From contig CAVSRG010000002.1 of NCBI GenBank assembly GCA_963730265.1, positions 377,884 to 441,883 of the forward strand: DNA of 64,000 nt, in the 5' to 3' direction. This DNA is from an uncultured Actinomycetota bacterium. Its GTDB lineage: Bacteria > Actinomycetota > Actinomycetes > Streptosporangiales > Streptosporangiaceae. Below are positions 18,415-28,138 of this stretch, one piece after another (the stretch's first letter is position 1; every line of letters begins with the position of its first letter). The position numbers and the translations under genes are program-made. The notes under the pieces are model-generated. The model did not search any database. It was not told where the DNA came from and was given only the letters and a program-made list of their open reading frames with translations.

Positions 18415-20535
18415 ATGACCACTCCCCCGATCAGCTTCCCGCGCCAGCTCGCCCGTACCCAGAGGTTCTCGCTCGGAGTGCCGCACGACTTCGTGATCGC
18501 GCCCGACGGCAGCCGCGTCGCGTTCCTGCGCTCGCAGTCCGGCACCGACCCGGTGACCTGCCTGTGGGTGCGGGACACCGGCACCGGGGCCGAGCGGCGG
18601 GTCGTCGACCCCCAGGCGCTGCTGGCCGGCGGGGACGAGACGCTGCCGCCCGAGGAGCGGGCCCGCCGCGAGCGCACCCGCCAGGCGGCCAGCGGCGTGG
18701 TCGCGTTCGCCACCGACGAGGCGGTGCGGATCGCGGTCTTCGCACTGTCCGGCCGGCTGTTCGTGGCCGACCTGACCGAGGGTGCGGCGGCCGACAGTGC
18801 CGTGCGTGAGCTGCCAGCAGCCGGCCCGGTGCTCGACCCGCACCCCGACCCGACCGGGGCCCGCGTCGGCTACGTGACCGGCGGGGCGCTGCACGTCGTC
18901 GACATCGACGGCACCGGCGACCGGGTCCTGGGCTCGCCCGAGGCCGAGAACGTGACCTACGGACTGGCCGAGTTCGTCGCCGCCGAGGAGATGTACCGCA
19001 CCCGCGGGTTCTGGTGGTCGCCCGACGGGCAGCGGCTGCTCGTGGCCCGGGTCGACACCTCCCCGGTGCTGCGCTGGCATATCTCCGACCCGGCCAACCC
19101 CGAGCGGCCGCCCACCGTCGTCGCCTACCCCCAGGCCGGCACCGACAACGCCATTGTCAGCGTCGTGCTGGCCGACCTGGCCGGGGCGCACACCCCCGTC
19201 GCCTGGGACGCGGCCGACGCGCCGTACCTGATCTCCGTCCACTGGTCGGCCGCCGGGCCCGCGCTGCTCCGGGTATGCCGCCGCGACCAGCAGACCATGC
19301 GGGTGCTGGCCGTGGCCGACGACGGCAGCGTGAGCGTGGTGGCCGAGGACACCGACCCCGACTGGGTCGACGTGGTGCCCGGCACTCCGGCCTGGACCAC
19401 CTCCGGCGAGCTGGTCCGGGTGGCGGTCCGCGACGGCGCCTACCGGCTGCTGATCGGGGACACTGCGGTCACCGGCGACGAGCTGAACGTGCGCAACGTG
19501 CACGACGTCGGCGACGACGTGCTGTTCACCGCCCATGTGCCCGACCAGGCCCAGCTCCACGTCTTCACGGCCAGCGCCGCCGCGGTGACCCAGCTGAGCA
19601 CCGAGCCTGGCGTCCACCAGGCGGCGCGGGGCGGCGACCTGACCGTTCTGACGTCACGGTCCCTGGACTGGTTCGGCTCGCGAGTCCGCGTCCACTCCGC
19701 CGCCAACCCCGGCACCGAGCCCGGAGCCGAGATCCCGTCCCTGGCCGACACCCCCGTGCTCACCCCCGAGGTGACGTTCTTCGAGGCCGGCCCGCACCGC
19801 GTGCCCTGCGCGCTGGTGCTGCCCCGCGGCCACGTGCCCGGCTCGGCCCGGCTGCCCGTGCTCTGCGACCCCTACGGCGGCCCGGCCGCCCAGATGGTGG
19901 TGGCCGCGCGGAACGCCTACCTCAGCTCGCAGTGGTTCGCCGACCAGGGCTTCGCCGTGCTGATCGCCGACGGGCGCGGCACCCCCGGCCGCGGCCCGGA
20001 ATGGGACCGCAGCATCCACTACGACGAGGCCACCCCGAACGTCGAGGACCAGGTGGCCGCGCTGGAGGCGGCCGCGGCCGCTAACCCCGACCTGGACCTG
20101 TCCCGGGTCGGCATCCGCGGCTGGTCCCACGGCGGCTACCTGGCCGCGCTGGCCGTGCTGCGCCGTCCCGACGTCTTCCATGCCGGCGTGGCGGGCGCGC
20201 CGGTCACCGACCTGCGGCTGTACGACACCTTCTACAACGAGCGCTACCTCGGCCACCCCGACGAGCATCCCGAGGCCTACGACCACAACTCGATCATCGC
20301 GGACGCGCCCAAGCTCGAGCGCCCGCTGATGTTCATCCACGGCCTGGCCGACGACAACGTGGTCGTGGCCCACACCCTGCGCATGTCGTCGGCGCTGCTG
20401 GCCGCCGGCCGCCCGCACACCGTGCTGCCGCTGTCCGGGGTCACCCACATGGCCTCGCAGGAGGAGGTGGCGGAGAACATCCTGCTCCTCCAGGTCGACT
20501 TCCTGCACCGCGCCCTGGCCAGCCCCCAGGTATAG
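18415..20535 (+). CDS. S9 family serine peptidase (dipeptidyl-peptidase IV / prolyl oligopeptidase type)
   Basis: 706-aa ORF with an N-terminal propeller-like region. The C-terminal alpha/beta hydrolase has the nucleophile motif GWSHGGY, then HGLADDNV (Asp) and GVTHM (His). Confidence 0.9.
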   Translation: MTTPPISFPRQLARTQRFSLGVPHDFVIAPDGSRVAFLRSQSGTDPVTCLWVRDTGTGAERRVVDPQALLAGGDETLPPEERARRERTRQAASGVVAFATDEAVRIAVFALSGRLFVADLTEGAAADSAVRELPAAGPVLDPHPDPTGARVGYVTGGALHVVDIDGTGDRVLGSPEAENVTYGLAEFVAAEEMYRTRGFWWSPDGQRLLVARVDTSPVLRWHISDPANPERPPTVVAYPQAGTDNAIVSVVLADLAGAHTPVAWDAADAPYLISVHWSAAGPALLRVCRRDQQTMRVLAVADDGSVSVVAEDTDPDWVDVVPGTPAWTTSGELVRVAVRDGAYRLLIGDTAVTGDELNVRNVHDVGDDVLFTAHVPDQAQLHVFTASAAAVTQLSTEPGVHQAARGGDLTVLTSRSLDWFGSRVRVHSAANPGTEPGAEIPSLADTPVLTPEVTFFEAGPHRVPCALVLPRGHVPGSARLPVLCDPYGGPAAQMVVAARNAYLSSQWFADQGFAVLIADGRGTPGRGPEWDRSIHYDEATPNVEDQVAALEAAAAANPDLDLSRVGIRGWSHGGYLAALAVLRRPDVFHAGVAGAPVTDLRLYDTFYNERYLGHPDEHPEAYDHNSIIADAPKLERPLMFIHGLADDNVVVAHTLRMSSALLAAGRPHTVLPLSGVTHMASQEEVAENILLLQVDFLHRALASPQV

Positions 20536-20624
20536 GAGGACTGCGCGTACTCCCCGGGTACCCCAGCCGAGCGTACATTCGGAATCTAGCGTCGCAGCGT
20601 CGCGGCGCTGGGGAGGGGGCACCG

Positions 20625-21983
20625 ATGTACGAGGTCGTGACCATCGAGACGACGGGGCTCGGCGATCGCAGCTACCTGGCCCACGACGGCACCGGCGCCG
20701 TCGTGGTCGACCCGCAGCGGGACATCGACCGGGTGCGCGCCGCCGCCGACGCCGCCGGGGTCACCATCAGCCACGTGCTCGAGACCCACATCCACAACGA
20801 CTACGTCACCGGCGGGCTCGCCCTGGCCCGCGCGGCCGGGGCGGCCTACGTGGTGGCGGGCAGCGAGGAGGTCGGCTTCGACCGGATGGCCGTCGCCGAC
20901 GGGACCGAGATCGCCGCGGGTGACCTGGGCGTGCGGGTGGTGGCCACGCCCGGGCACACCCCAGGCCACCTGTCCTATGTGCTCAGCGACGGCAGCGACG
21001 GCCCGGTCGCCGTCTTCACCGGCGGCTCCATGCTGTTCGGCGCGGTGGGCCGCACCGACCTGATCAGCCCGGCCGACACCGAGCCGCTGACCAGGGCCCA
21101 GTACCGCTCGGTGCGGCGGCTGGCCGCCGAGCTCCCCGACCAGGTCGCGGTCTACCCCACGCACGGCTTCGGCAGCTTCTGCTCGGCCACGCCGACCACC
21201 GGCGGCGCGTCCACTATCGGCGCCCAGCGCCGGTCCAACATGGCGCTGACCAGCGACGAGGACGAGTTCGTTAAGGGCCTGCTGGCCGGCCTGACCGCCT
21301 ACCCGCGCTACTACGCGCACATGGGCCCGGCCAACCGCAGCGGGCCCGCCGCCCCCGACCTGACCGCCCCCCGCCGGGCCGACCCGGCCGAGCTGCGCCG
21401 CCGCATCGACGCCGGCGAGTGGGTGGTCGACCTGCGCCAGCGGCGCGCGTTCGCGGCGGGCCACATCAGCGGGACCATCTCCGTGGAGCTCGGCGACCCG
21501 TTCGCCACCTACCTCGGCTGGACCATGCCCTGGGGCCAGCCGCTGACGCTGATCGGCGACACCGAGGACCAGGTCGCCGACGCCTGCCGCCAGCTCGTCC
21601 GCATCGGCGTCGACCAGCTGGCCGCGGCCGCCGCGGGCCCGACCGGCGAGCTGGCCAACGGCCGGATGGGCCGTTACGAGGTCCGCGACTTCCCCGCGCT
21701 GGCCGACGGGTGGCCCCGGGCCGGGCGGGTCGTGCTGGATGTGCGCCGCCCCGACGAGTGGCGCGCCGGGCACCTGCCCGGCGCGGTGCACATCCCGTTC
21801 TGGGAGCTGGAGCGGCGGGCCGCCGAGGTCCCGGCGGGCGAGGTCTGGGTGCACTGCGCCAGCGGCTTCCGGGCCTCCATCGGCGCCTCGCTCCTGGACC
21901 GGGCCGGCCTGCAGGTGGTCCACGTCGACGACGACTGGGACCGCGCCGCGCCGTCGGGCCTGCCGATCACCATCGCGGACTAA
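20625..21983 (+). CDS. MBL-fold hydrolase (persulfide-dioxygenase-like) fused to two rhodanese domains
   Basis: 452-aa ORF with the metallo-beta-lactamase motif ETHIHNDYV and ATPGHTPGH. The C-terminal rhodanese has the active-site loop HCASGFRAS. The middle rhodanese-like domain lacks the Cys. Confidence 0.85.
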   Translation: MYEVVTIETTGLGDRSYLAHDGTGAVVVDPQRDIDRVRAAADAAGVTISHVLETHIHNDYVTGGLALARAAGAAYVVAGSEEVGFDRMAVADGTEIAAGDLGVRVVATPGHTPGHLSYVLSDGSDGPVAVFTGGSMLFGAVGRTDLISPADTEPLTRAQYRSVRRLAAELPDQVAVYPTHGFGSFCSATPTTGGASTIGAQRRSNMALTSDEDEFVKGLLAGLTAYPRYYAHMGPANRSGPAAPDLTAPRRADPAELRRRIDAGEWVVDLRQRRAFAAGHISGTISVELGDPFATYLGWTMPWGQPLTLIGDTEDQVADACRQLVRIGVDQLAAAAAGPTGELANGRMGRYEVRDFPALADGWPRAGRVVLDVRRPDEWRAGHLPGAVHIPFWELERRAAEVPAGEVWVHCASGFRASIGASLLDRAGLQVVHVDDDWDRAAPSGLPITIAD

Positions 21984-22062
21984 CCGCCGTCCGAACCTTC
22001 TGGCATTGTGTCCGGCAAGCCGGACATGACCGGCACGCCGATGCCGGAGGGGCCCGGACACG

Positions 22063-23340
22063 ATGCTGCGCAGGCCCAGAAATATCCCTAACAAGGTCCT
22101 TATCGCCGCAGCGGCACTATCGCTGACCGCGGTGACCAGCGGCTTCTCGCCTGCGGCCAGCGCCGCCGGTCGGCCACCCGCGCCCGGCGCCGGTGCCGAC
22201 GCCGGTCAGGTCAGCCCGCGCTCGGCCGTGCCGTGGCGACAGGTGGGACCCGGCTGGGTGCTGGCCCAGTACTGGCCCGGCCGGTTCGCCGACCCCGGCA
22301 AGGCCATCGCCGCGCCCGAGACGCTGTACCTCATCAGCCCGGCCGGCCACCGGTACCAGCTCCACCGGTGGGCCGCCACCAAGAACCCGCTGTACCTGAT
22401 CGACTGGTCCGGCGACAAGACCCGGGCCCTGCTCTATGACCAGGCCAGCAACCGGATGGAGCAGCTGACCCTGGCCACCGGCCGGGTCAGCCACATCAGC
22501 CTGCCCTCGCGGGCACTAGGGTTCACCGTCAGCTATACCCGGCCCACCGGGCAGGGCCTGCTGGCCTTCCTGTCGGTCCGGGGCGGCAGCCAGCTGGTGC
22601 GGCTCAGCCTGACCGGCCGGCTGGTGAAGGTGCTGGCCAGCGGCCCGCATGACGGCACGGCCGTCTACTCCAGCTCGGGCCGGACCATCGCGGTAGCCGG
22701 CGGCGCTGGTCTCCAGCTGGTCAGCACCAACGGCGGCGTCATCCGCAGGCTGCCGGTACCGCGCACCGGGTCGTCCGGGTGCCGCCCGGCGCGGTGGTGG
22801 AACGCGCGGACCGTCCTGGCCTCCTGCGTCGCGCGGGGGGCCCGCCGCAGCCGGCTCTGGCTGGTGCCCGCCAGCGGAGCCCGGCCCAGGCCACTGACCC
22901 CGCAGCACGGCCCGCACAGTCCCGATCCAGGTGACTTCAACGCCTGGGCGACGCCGGGCGGCCTCTACCTCCAGGCCGCGACCCGCAGCGGCCACGTGCT
23001 GATCTTCCAGCAGCGCGCGAACGGAGCGGTCCGGGCCATCAAGGTGCCCGGCTCGGCCAACTTCAACTGGATCATGACCACCCACGGCTCACGGCTGCTG
23101 GTCAACCAGGAAGCACCGTGCGCCGGGACCGACTCGCTGCTGTGGTTCAACCCGGCCACCGGGCGGGAGCAATCGCTGATCAAGCACCCGCGCGGCCGGG
23201 CGGGCGCGATCGGATTCGTGCCCTACGGACCGCCCAATGCGGACATCATCATCTTCGTGGCCTGCCCGGCCGGCCCCGCCGCCGGCGTGCTGGGCCGCCC
23301 CGGCGCGGTGGAGGTCACGCCGGGACAGCCCAGGACCTGA
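22063..23340 (+). CDS. Secreted hypothetical protein (TolB-like repeat architecture)
   Basis: 425-aa ORF with signal peptide MLRRPRNIPNKVLIAAAALSLTAVTSGFSPAASA. It contains repeated short beta-strand-like blocks. No diagnostic motif was recognised. Confidence 0.7.
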   Translation: MLRRPRNIPNKVLIAAAALSLTAVTSGFSPAASAAGRPPAPGAGADAGQVSPRSAVPWRQVGPGWVLAQYWPGRFADPGKAIAAPETLYLISPAGHRYQLHRWAATKNPLYLIDWSGDKTRALLYDQASNRMEQLTLATGRVSHISLPSRALGFTVSYTRPTGQGLLAFLSVRGGSQLVRLSLTGRLVKVLASGPHDGTAVYSSSGRTIAVAGGAGLQLVSTNGGVIRRLPVPRTGSSGCRPARWWNARTVLASCVARGARRSRLWLVPASGARPRPLTPQHGPHSPDPGDFNAWATPGGLYLQAATRSGHVLIFQQRANGAVRAIKVPGSANFNWIMTTHGSRLLVNQEAPCAGTDSLLWFNPATGREQSLIKHPRGRAGAIGFVPYGPPNADIIIFVACPAGPAAGVLGRPGAVEVTPGQPRT

Positions 23341-23359
23341 TGAGCGGGTGCGCTAGCGG

Positions 23360-24586
23360 TTAGCGACCGGGGCCCCAGCCACCGCCACCCGAGCTGGCGT
23401 GCGGGGTGAGGATGCCGACGACGCCGTTGTTGTAGGCGTTCGGGCCGGCACTGAACACCAGGGACTTCGCCCCGCCGAAGGCGGAGTTGCCGACCCTGAT
23501 CCCCCACAGGCCGGAGATCGCGATCGGGGTGCCCTTGGTGGTGTCGAGCGCGCCCTTGTACTTGCCCGTGGTGGCGTTGAACGCGTTGATCCAGCCATTC
23601 CCCAGGTTCCCGACCAGCAGGTCACCGGCGAAAGGACCGAACCCCTTGGGGGCAATGGCCAGGCCCCACGGCTCGTCCAGCGGGCTGGAGGCGCCGTTCC
23701 TGACCAGGTGGTGAAGCAGCTTGCCGTTGACGTTGTACACGTCCACGACGCCCAGGCCCGCGCCCTCGACCACGTCGGTCTTCTGCTTGTTCTGCTTCCC
23801 GTAGGCGACGTAGATCTTGCCGCCCAGCTCCTGGATGCCGAACGGCGCGTAGCCCTTCGGGAGCTTCGGGTCGCGGAACTCGGCCGGCGTCTTCACCGGC
23901 GCGAAGTTGCCGTTGAACACGTCGACCCTGGCGTTGGCCACGTCCGCGGCGAACAGCTCCGGGCCGGCCTTGGGCGTGGTCGCCTCGGCCAGGCCCTTGA
24001 ACACCGCCTTGGCCGGGGTCTTGCCGCCCGCCCCGCCCTTGGGGCTGTCCTCGACCACGAACTTGGCCCCGCCGTTCCAGGCCTCGATCTGGCCGGGCGA
24101 CTGCTTGGACCCGGTCGAGTCGGTGGCCACGATGAAGTCCGCCGCGGCGCCCTTGGCGACGTGGAAGGCGCTCGGGTCAGAGTTGAACACCTGGCCGGTG
24201 GGGTTGCCGCCCGGCACCGGCACGGTCAGGTCCAGCGTGACCTTGCTGCCGTTGACGCCGCCGCCGTACACCGAGGCGAACCCCGAGTTGTTATCCGAGA
24301 CCCAGATCGGCGTCGTCGGGCCGGCCGCGAGGCCCCAGGCGTTGGTGAGGTGCTTGTCGACGAGCTTGGCGCCGAACGAAGCCTTGTTAGCGATCAGGTT
24401 GGTCTGGGCGAAACTGTTCGGCTGTGCGGCGCTGCCGGCGGGCGCCGACACGGCGCCGGCCGGTCCCCCGACGGCCACCAGTCCGGCCGTCGCCATGAAC
24501 ACGGTGAGAGCGTACGGCCACCGGCGGGCGGCGTGCGAGCCGTCCGTACCGGGCTGCCGGGTCTCACTGGGTGGTACGTGGCGCAT
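23360..24586 (-). CDS. TIGR03118 family secreted protein (NHL/propeller-like)
   Basis: 408-aa ORF. After the signal peptide it reads FAQTNLIANKA...LTNAWGLAAGPTTPIWVSDNNSGFASVYGG, and it ends with GDLLVGNLGNGWINAF...GLWGI. These match my memory of the TIGR03118 family pattern. Confidence 0.75.
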   Translation of the reverse strand: MRHVPPSETRQPGTDGSHAARRWPYALTVFMATAGLVAVGGPAGAVSAPAGSAAQPNSFAQTNLIANKASFGAKLVDKHLTNAWGLAAGPTTPIWVSDNNSGFASVYGGGVNGSKVTLDLTVPVPGGNPTGQVFNSDPSAFHVAKGAAADFIVATDSTGSKQSPGQIEAWNGGAKFVVEDSPKGGAGGKTPAKAVFKGLAEATTPKAGPELFAADVANARVDVFNGNFAPVKTPAEFRDPKLPKGYAPFGIQELGGKIYVAYGKQNKQKTDVVEGAGLGVVDVYNVNGKLLHHLVRNGASSPLDEPWGLAIAPKGFGPFAGDLLVGNLGNGWINAFNATTGKYKGALDTTKGTPIAISGLWGIRVGNSAFGGAKSLVFSAGPNAYNNGVVGILTPHASSGGGGWGPGR

Positions 24587-24748
24587 TGACGGATCCCTTC
24601 GTCGTCTGGCCCCGTGGCCGGGGCCACGTCGGCCCGGCCACTGGTAGCACGGCCGGTCACGCGAAGGGGTTCAGCGGATGCCCAGCAAAAATGGACGGCC
24701 GTGGCCCGCCGATGCGGGCCACGGCCGTCTTTGAACCGTGCTAGGTGC

Positions 24749-25615
24749 TTAGGCCTTGGGGCCGAGCGTAATGGGCACTGTGTTGCCCGACCGGTCCCAG
24801 GTCGCGGTGAATGCCGAGCCGTTGAGCGGGGCCACCGTGGCCAGCGAGTCGAACCCGCCGCTCTTCAGCGGGTCGATCATGTAGATCGGGATGTTGTCGA
24901 ACTTGGCCAGGCTGCTGACTGCCCCGCCGGCGGTCTGCGCCGTGTTGGAGCTCATGGTCGTGGTGTGGAAGTCAGCCAGCTCGGTCAGGAAGCACTTGGT
25001 GCCCGCGTTGTTGCACAGGGCGGGCCGCTCAACGATGTACTCGGCCGAGGTCCGCGCGCAGGAGCCGCACTTGGCGCTGTGCGTGACCTTCTTGCCCGAG
25101 GTGAGGTCGTCGACGACGAGCGTGAACTTGCCGCTCGCGAACTTCACCGAGATGTCCATCTTGTCACCGGCGTGCACCGCGAACACGTTGACCGAGTTGG
25201 CCGGGAACAGCTCGTACCAGGCCTCGTACTGGGGCGTCTTGCTGTTCGCCCCGCCGCACATGGCGAAGGTGCCGTCCTGCTCCACCGTCTGGTCGGTGAA
25301 CCCGTCCAGGCCGACCCAGTTCGAGGTCCACTGGTTCTTGACGCCCGGGCAGGTGATCTTGGGCTCGACGAACGTGCTGTGCACGAAGGTGAACTTCTTG
25401 GCCGCGACGGCCGCGTATCCGGACCAGTTCTCGCTGATCGTCGGCAGGCCGGTGCCGGCCTGCGCCACGCCACTCCTGATGATCAGCCCGCCGGGCTGCG
25501 TGACATGACCACTGGTCTTGGCCGTGTTGGCGCCTACCGCGGTGCCGGCCATGGCGCCAGCACATAGCAGGCCCGCCACAGTCCCAGCGGTAACGATCGT
25601 GAACAGACGTCTCAT
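24749..25615 (-). CDS. Peptidase G1 (eqolisin / former A4) family glutamic endopeptidase, secreted
   Basis: Lies in ORF 24749..25621, with the ATG at 25615 after GGGGAAGGAA. It has a signal peptide. Family blocks: SENWSGYAA, WVGLDGF, VEQDGT (catalytic Gln), YEAWYELFP, SAEYIVERP (catalytic Glu). Confidence 0.8.
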   Translation of the reverse strand: MRRLFTIVTAGTVAGLLCAGAMAGTAVGANTAKTSGHVTQPGGLIIRSGVAQAGTGLPTISENWSGYAAVAAKKFTFVHSTFVEPKITCPGVKNQWTSNWVGLDGFTDQTVEQDGTFAMCGGANSKTPQYEAWYELFPANSVNVFAVHAGDKMDISVKFASGKFTLVVDDLTSGKKVTHSAKCGSCARTSAEYIVERPALCNNAGTKCFLTELADFHTTTMSSNTAQTAGGAVSSLAKFDNIPIYMIDPLKSGGFDSLATVAPLNGSAFTATWDRSGNTVPITLGPKA

Positions 25616-25984
25616 GTACACCAGTTCCTTCCCCGGATCATTCCGGAAACTGTCGTCCTGTGCCCCTAAAAACGATACGCCGTGAATTTCGGTTCAGCCG
25701 GGAAACGGACCAGCGGGGTCAAACCGGTCCCGATGGTCCCGCAGATCCCGGGACGGCCCTCTGCGCGCTCGCCCGGCCGCCCGAGCCGACCTCTCGGTGG
25801 GACGTGCACCGGATTCGGGTCTGGCGCGTCAGTTATTCATTGGATCATAATTGTGATGCTTAGCCGAGCCGGGGGGGCTTATGACGAAGCGCGCGCTTGG
25901 TCGGGGCGGGGTGGCCTCGAACCAGATTTCCACGAAATCATCCGCCGAATTGGCGTGCTTTGAGCGCGCGCGTAGTGACACGGG

Positions 25985-28138
25985 GTGGGCGGCATGAGCG
26001 ACGAGCCGGCGTCATCGGCCAGCGACAACGGGCAGGCCAGGCCGAGTGGGCCAGTCAGCCCGAGCACGCCGGGTGAGGACGGCCCGCCCGCGCGCCCCGC
26101 GAAGAAGCCCGCGCGGACCCCGCGCCAGCCCGCCGCCTCGCGCAGTCAGTCCACTCCGAAGCCGGCCAGGAAGCCAGCGCCGCCCCGCAAGAAGCCGGCG
26201 CCAGCGTCGACCCCGCCGTCGGCCGGCGCCCCGGCATCCGCCGCCCCGGCACCTGCCGCCCCGGCACCCGCCGCCGGCGCCGGATCGGCGCGGGCCATCG
26301 CCGGGTACCTGCTGGAGGAGCAGATCGGCGAGGGCGGAATGGCCGTGGTCTACCGCGCCCGCGACGAGCGCCTGGACCGCCACGTGGCGCTCAAGCTGCT
26401 GGCGCCCGGCCTTAACCGCTGACCCCGGCTTCCGGCAGCGGTTCATCCGCGAGTCGCGCTCGGCCGCCGCCGTTGACCACCCCAACATCATCCCGATCTA
26501 CGAGGCCGGGGACGCCGGCGACTCGTTGTTCATCGCCATGCGCTACGTGCAGGGCGGTGACGTCCGGAAGCTGCTGGAGCAGGGCGGCCCGCTGCCCCCG
26601 GCCCGGGCCTGGAGCATCATCAGCCAGGTCGCCTCGGCGCTCGACGCGGCCCACGCCCATGGCCTGATCCACCGCGACGTCAAGCCGGCCAACATGCTCC
26701 TCGACCGCCGCCCCGGCAGCACCGGGCCGGGCGGGAGCAGCCCGGCTGGGGACGAGGCCCAGCACGTCTACCTGTCCGACTTCGGGATCAGCAAGCAGTC
26801 GCTGGCCGCCAGCAGCCTGACCATGACCGGCCAGTTCGTGGGCACCCTGGACTACATTGCGCCGGAGCAGATCGACGGCAGCGACGTGGACGGGCGCACC
26901 GACCTGTACTCGCTGGGCTGCGCCGCCTACGAGCTGCTCAGCGGCGTTCCGCCGTTCAGCAAGTCGCAGGGCCTGGCCCTGGTCCGCGCGCATATCACCG
27001 AGCCGCCGCCGGCCGTCACCGCCCACCGCCGCGAGCTGCCGCCCGCGGCCAACGGCGTGCTCGCCGCGGCGATGGCCAAGCAGCCGTCCGAGCGCTACGA
27101 CACCTGCGCCCGCTTCGCGATCAACCTCGGGCGGGCCCTGGGCCTGGTGCCCGGCACTCCCGAGCTGCCGCGCGGCCTTCCCGGCGGGCCGGGCCTCGGC
27201 GGGCCGGCCCGGCCGGGCCCGTGCACCCGCCCACCGAGCTGGCGGCCGCGGCGGCCGGCTGGGAGCAGCAGGCCACGATGGCGCCAGTCGGATACCCGGG
27301 CCCAGTGGGATACCCCGACCCGTCCGGGTACTCAGGGCCGTCCGGGTACTCAGGCCAGGGCGGATACCCGGGCCAGGTCGGCGGCACGGGCTCGGGCGGA
27401 TACCCGGGCCCCGGCGGGACTGGCTGGCCGCCGCAGGGTCCCCGGCCCCGCTCGCGCGGCGTGATCATCGGCTCCATCGGCGCGGTCGCCGCCGTGGCCG
27501 CGGCGGCGGTAGCGGCCTTCCTGTTGATCGGTCACGGCAACCACGCCGCGCAGGCCAACGACTTCGGGCACCGGACGTCCGCGTCCACCGCCACCGCGCC
27601 CAGGTCGTCTGCCGCCACGTCACCCTCGCCTGGCACCAGCTCGACGGCGTCGCTGCCGTCGACGTCAACCTCAGCCAACCCGGCCACGGCCGCCCCGGAC
27701 CCGGCGGCGAGCGCCCAGGCGAGCACCGTCAGCACCCTGCTCAACAGCGGCAGCGGCAGCGCCGACGCGCTGAACAACGCGGTCAATGACGTCATGAACT
27801 GCGGCGACATCACCAGCGACATCTCGGAGATCCAGTCCGTCGAGAACCAGCGGCAGGACGAGTACGCCCAGGCCCAGAGCACGCCGATGAACGACCTGCC
27901 CAACGGGGCGCAAGTCAAGTCCGACCTCATCCAGGCGCTGCACTACTCGCTCGTGGCCGACCAGGGCTACCTGAACTACGCCAACCAGATGGAGACCTCG
28001 AGCTGCCAGTCCGGCAGCCAGGCCGCCGCGCAGGCCGCGGACGGCCAGGCCGTGACCTACAAGAACGAGTTCCTCAGCCTGTGGAATCCGATCGCCAGTG
28101 AGTACGGCCTGCCCCAGCTGACCGTCAGCAGCATCTAG
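25985..28138 (+). pseudogene. Transmembrane Ser/Thr protein kinase (Hanks type) interrupted by two frameshifts
   Basis: Piece 1 (25985..26422) holds the Gly-rich loop and VAxK ([12 protein letters not shown]...RHVALKLL). Piece 2, in the frame of ORF 26046..27464, has HPNIIPIYEAG, LIHRDVKPANML, LSDFGISK and DYIAPEQ. Piece 3 (27221..28138) has a GY(P/S)-rich linker, the TM helix IIGSIGAVAAVAAAAVAAFLLIG and an extracellular domain. Pieces 1 and 3 share one frame. Confidence 0.85.
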
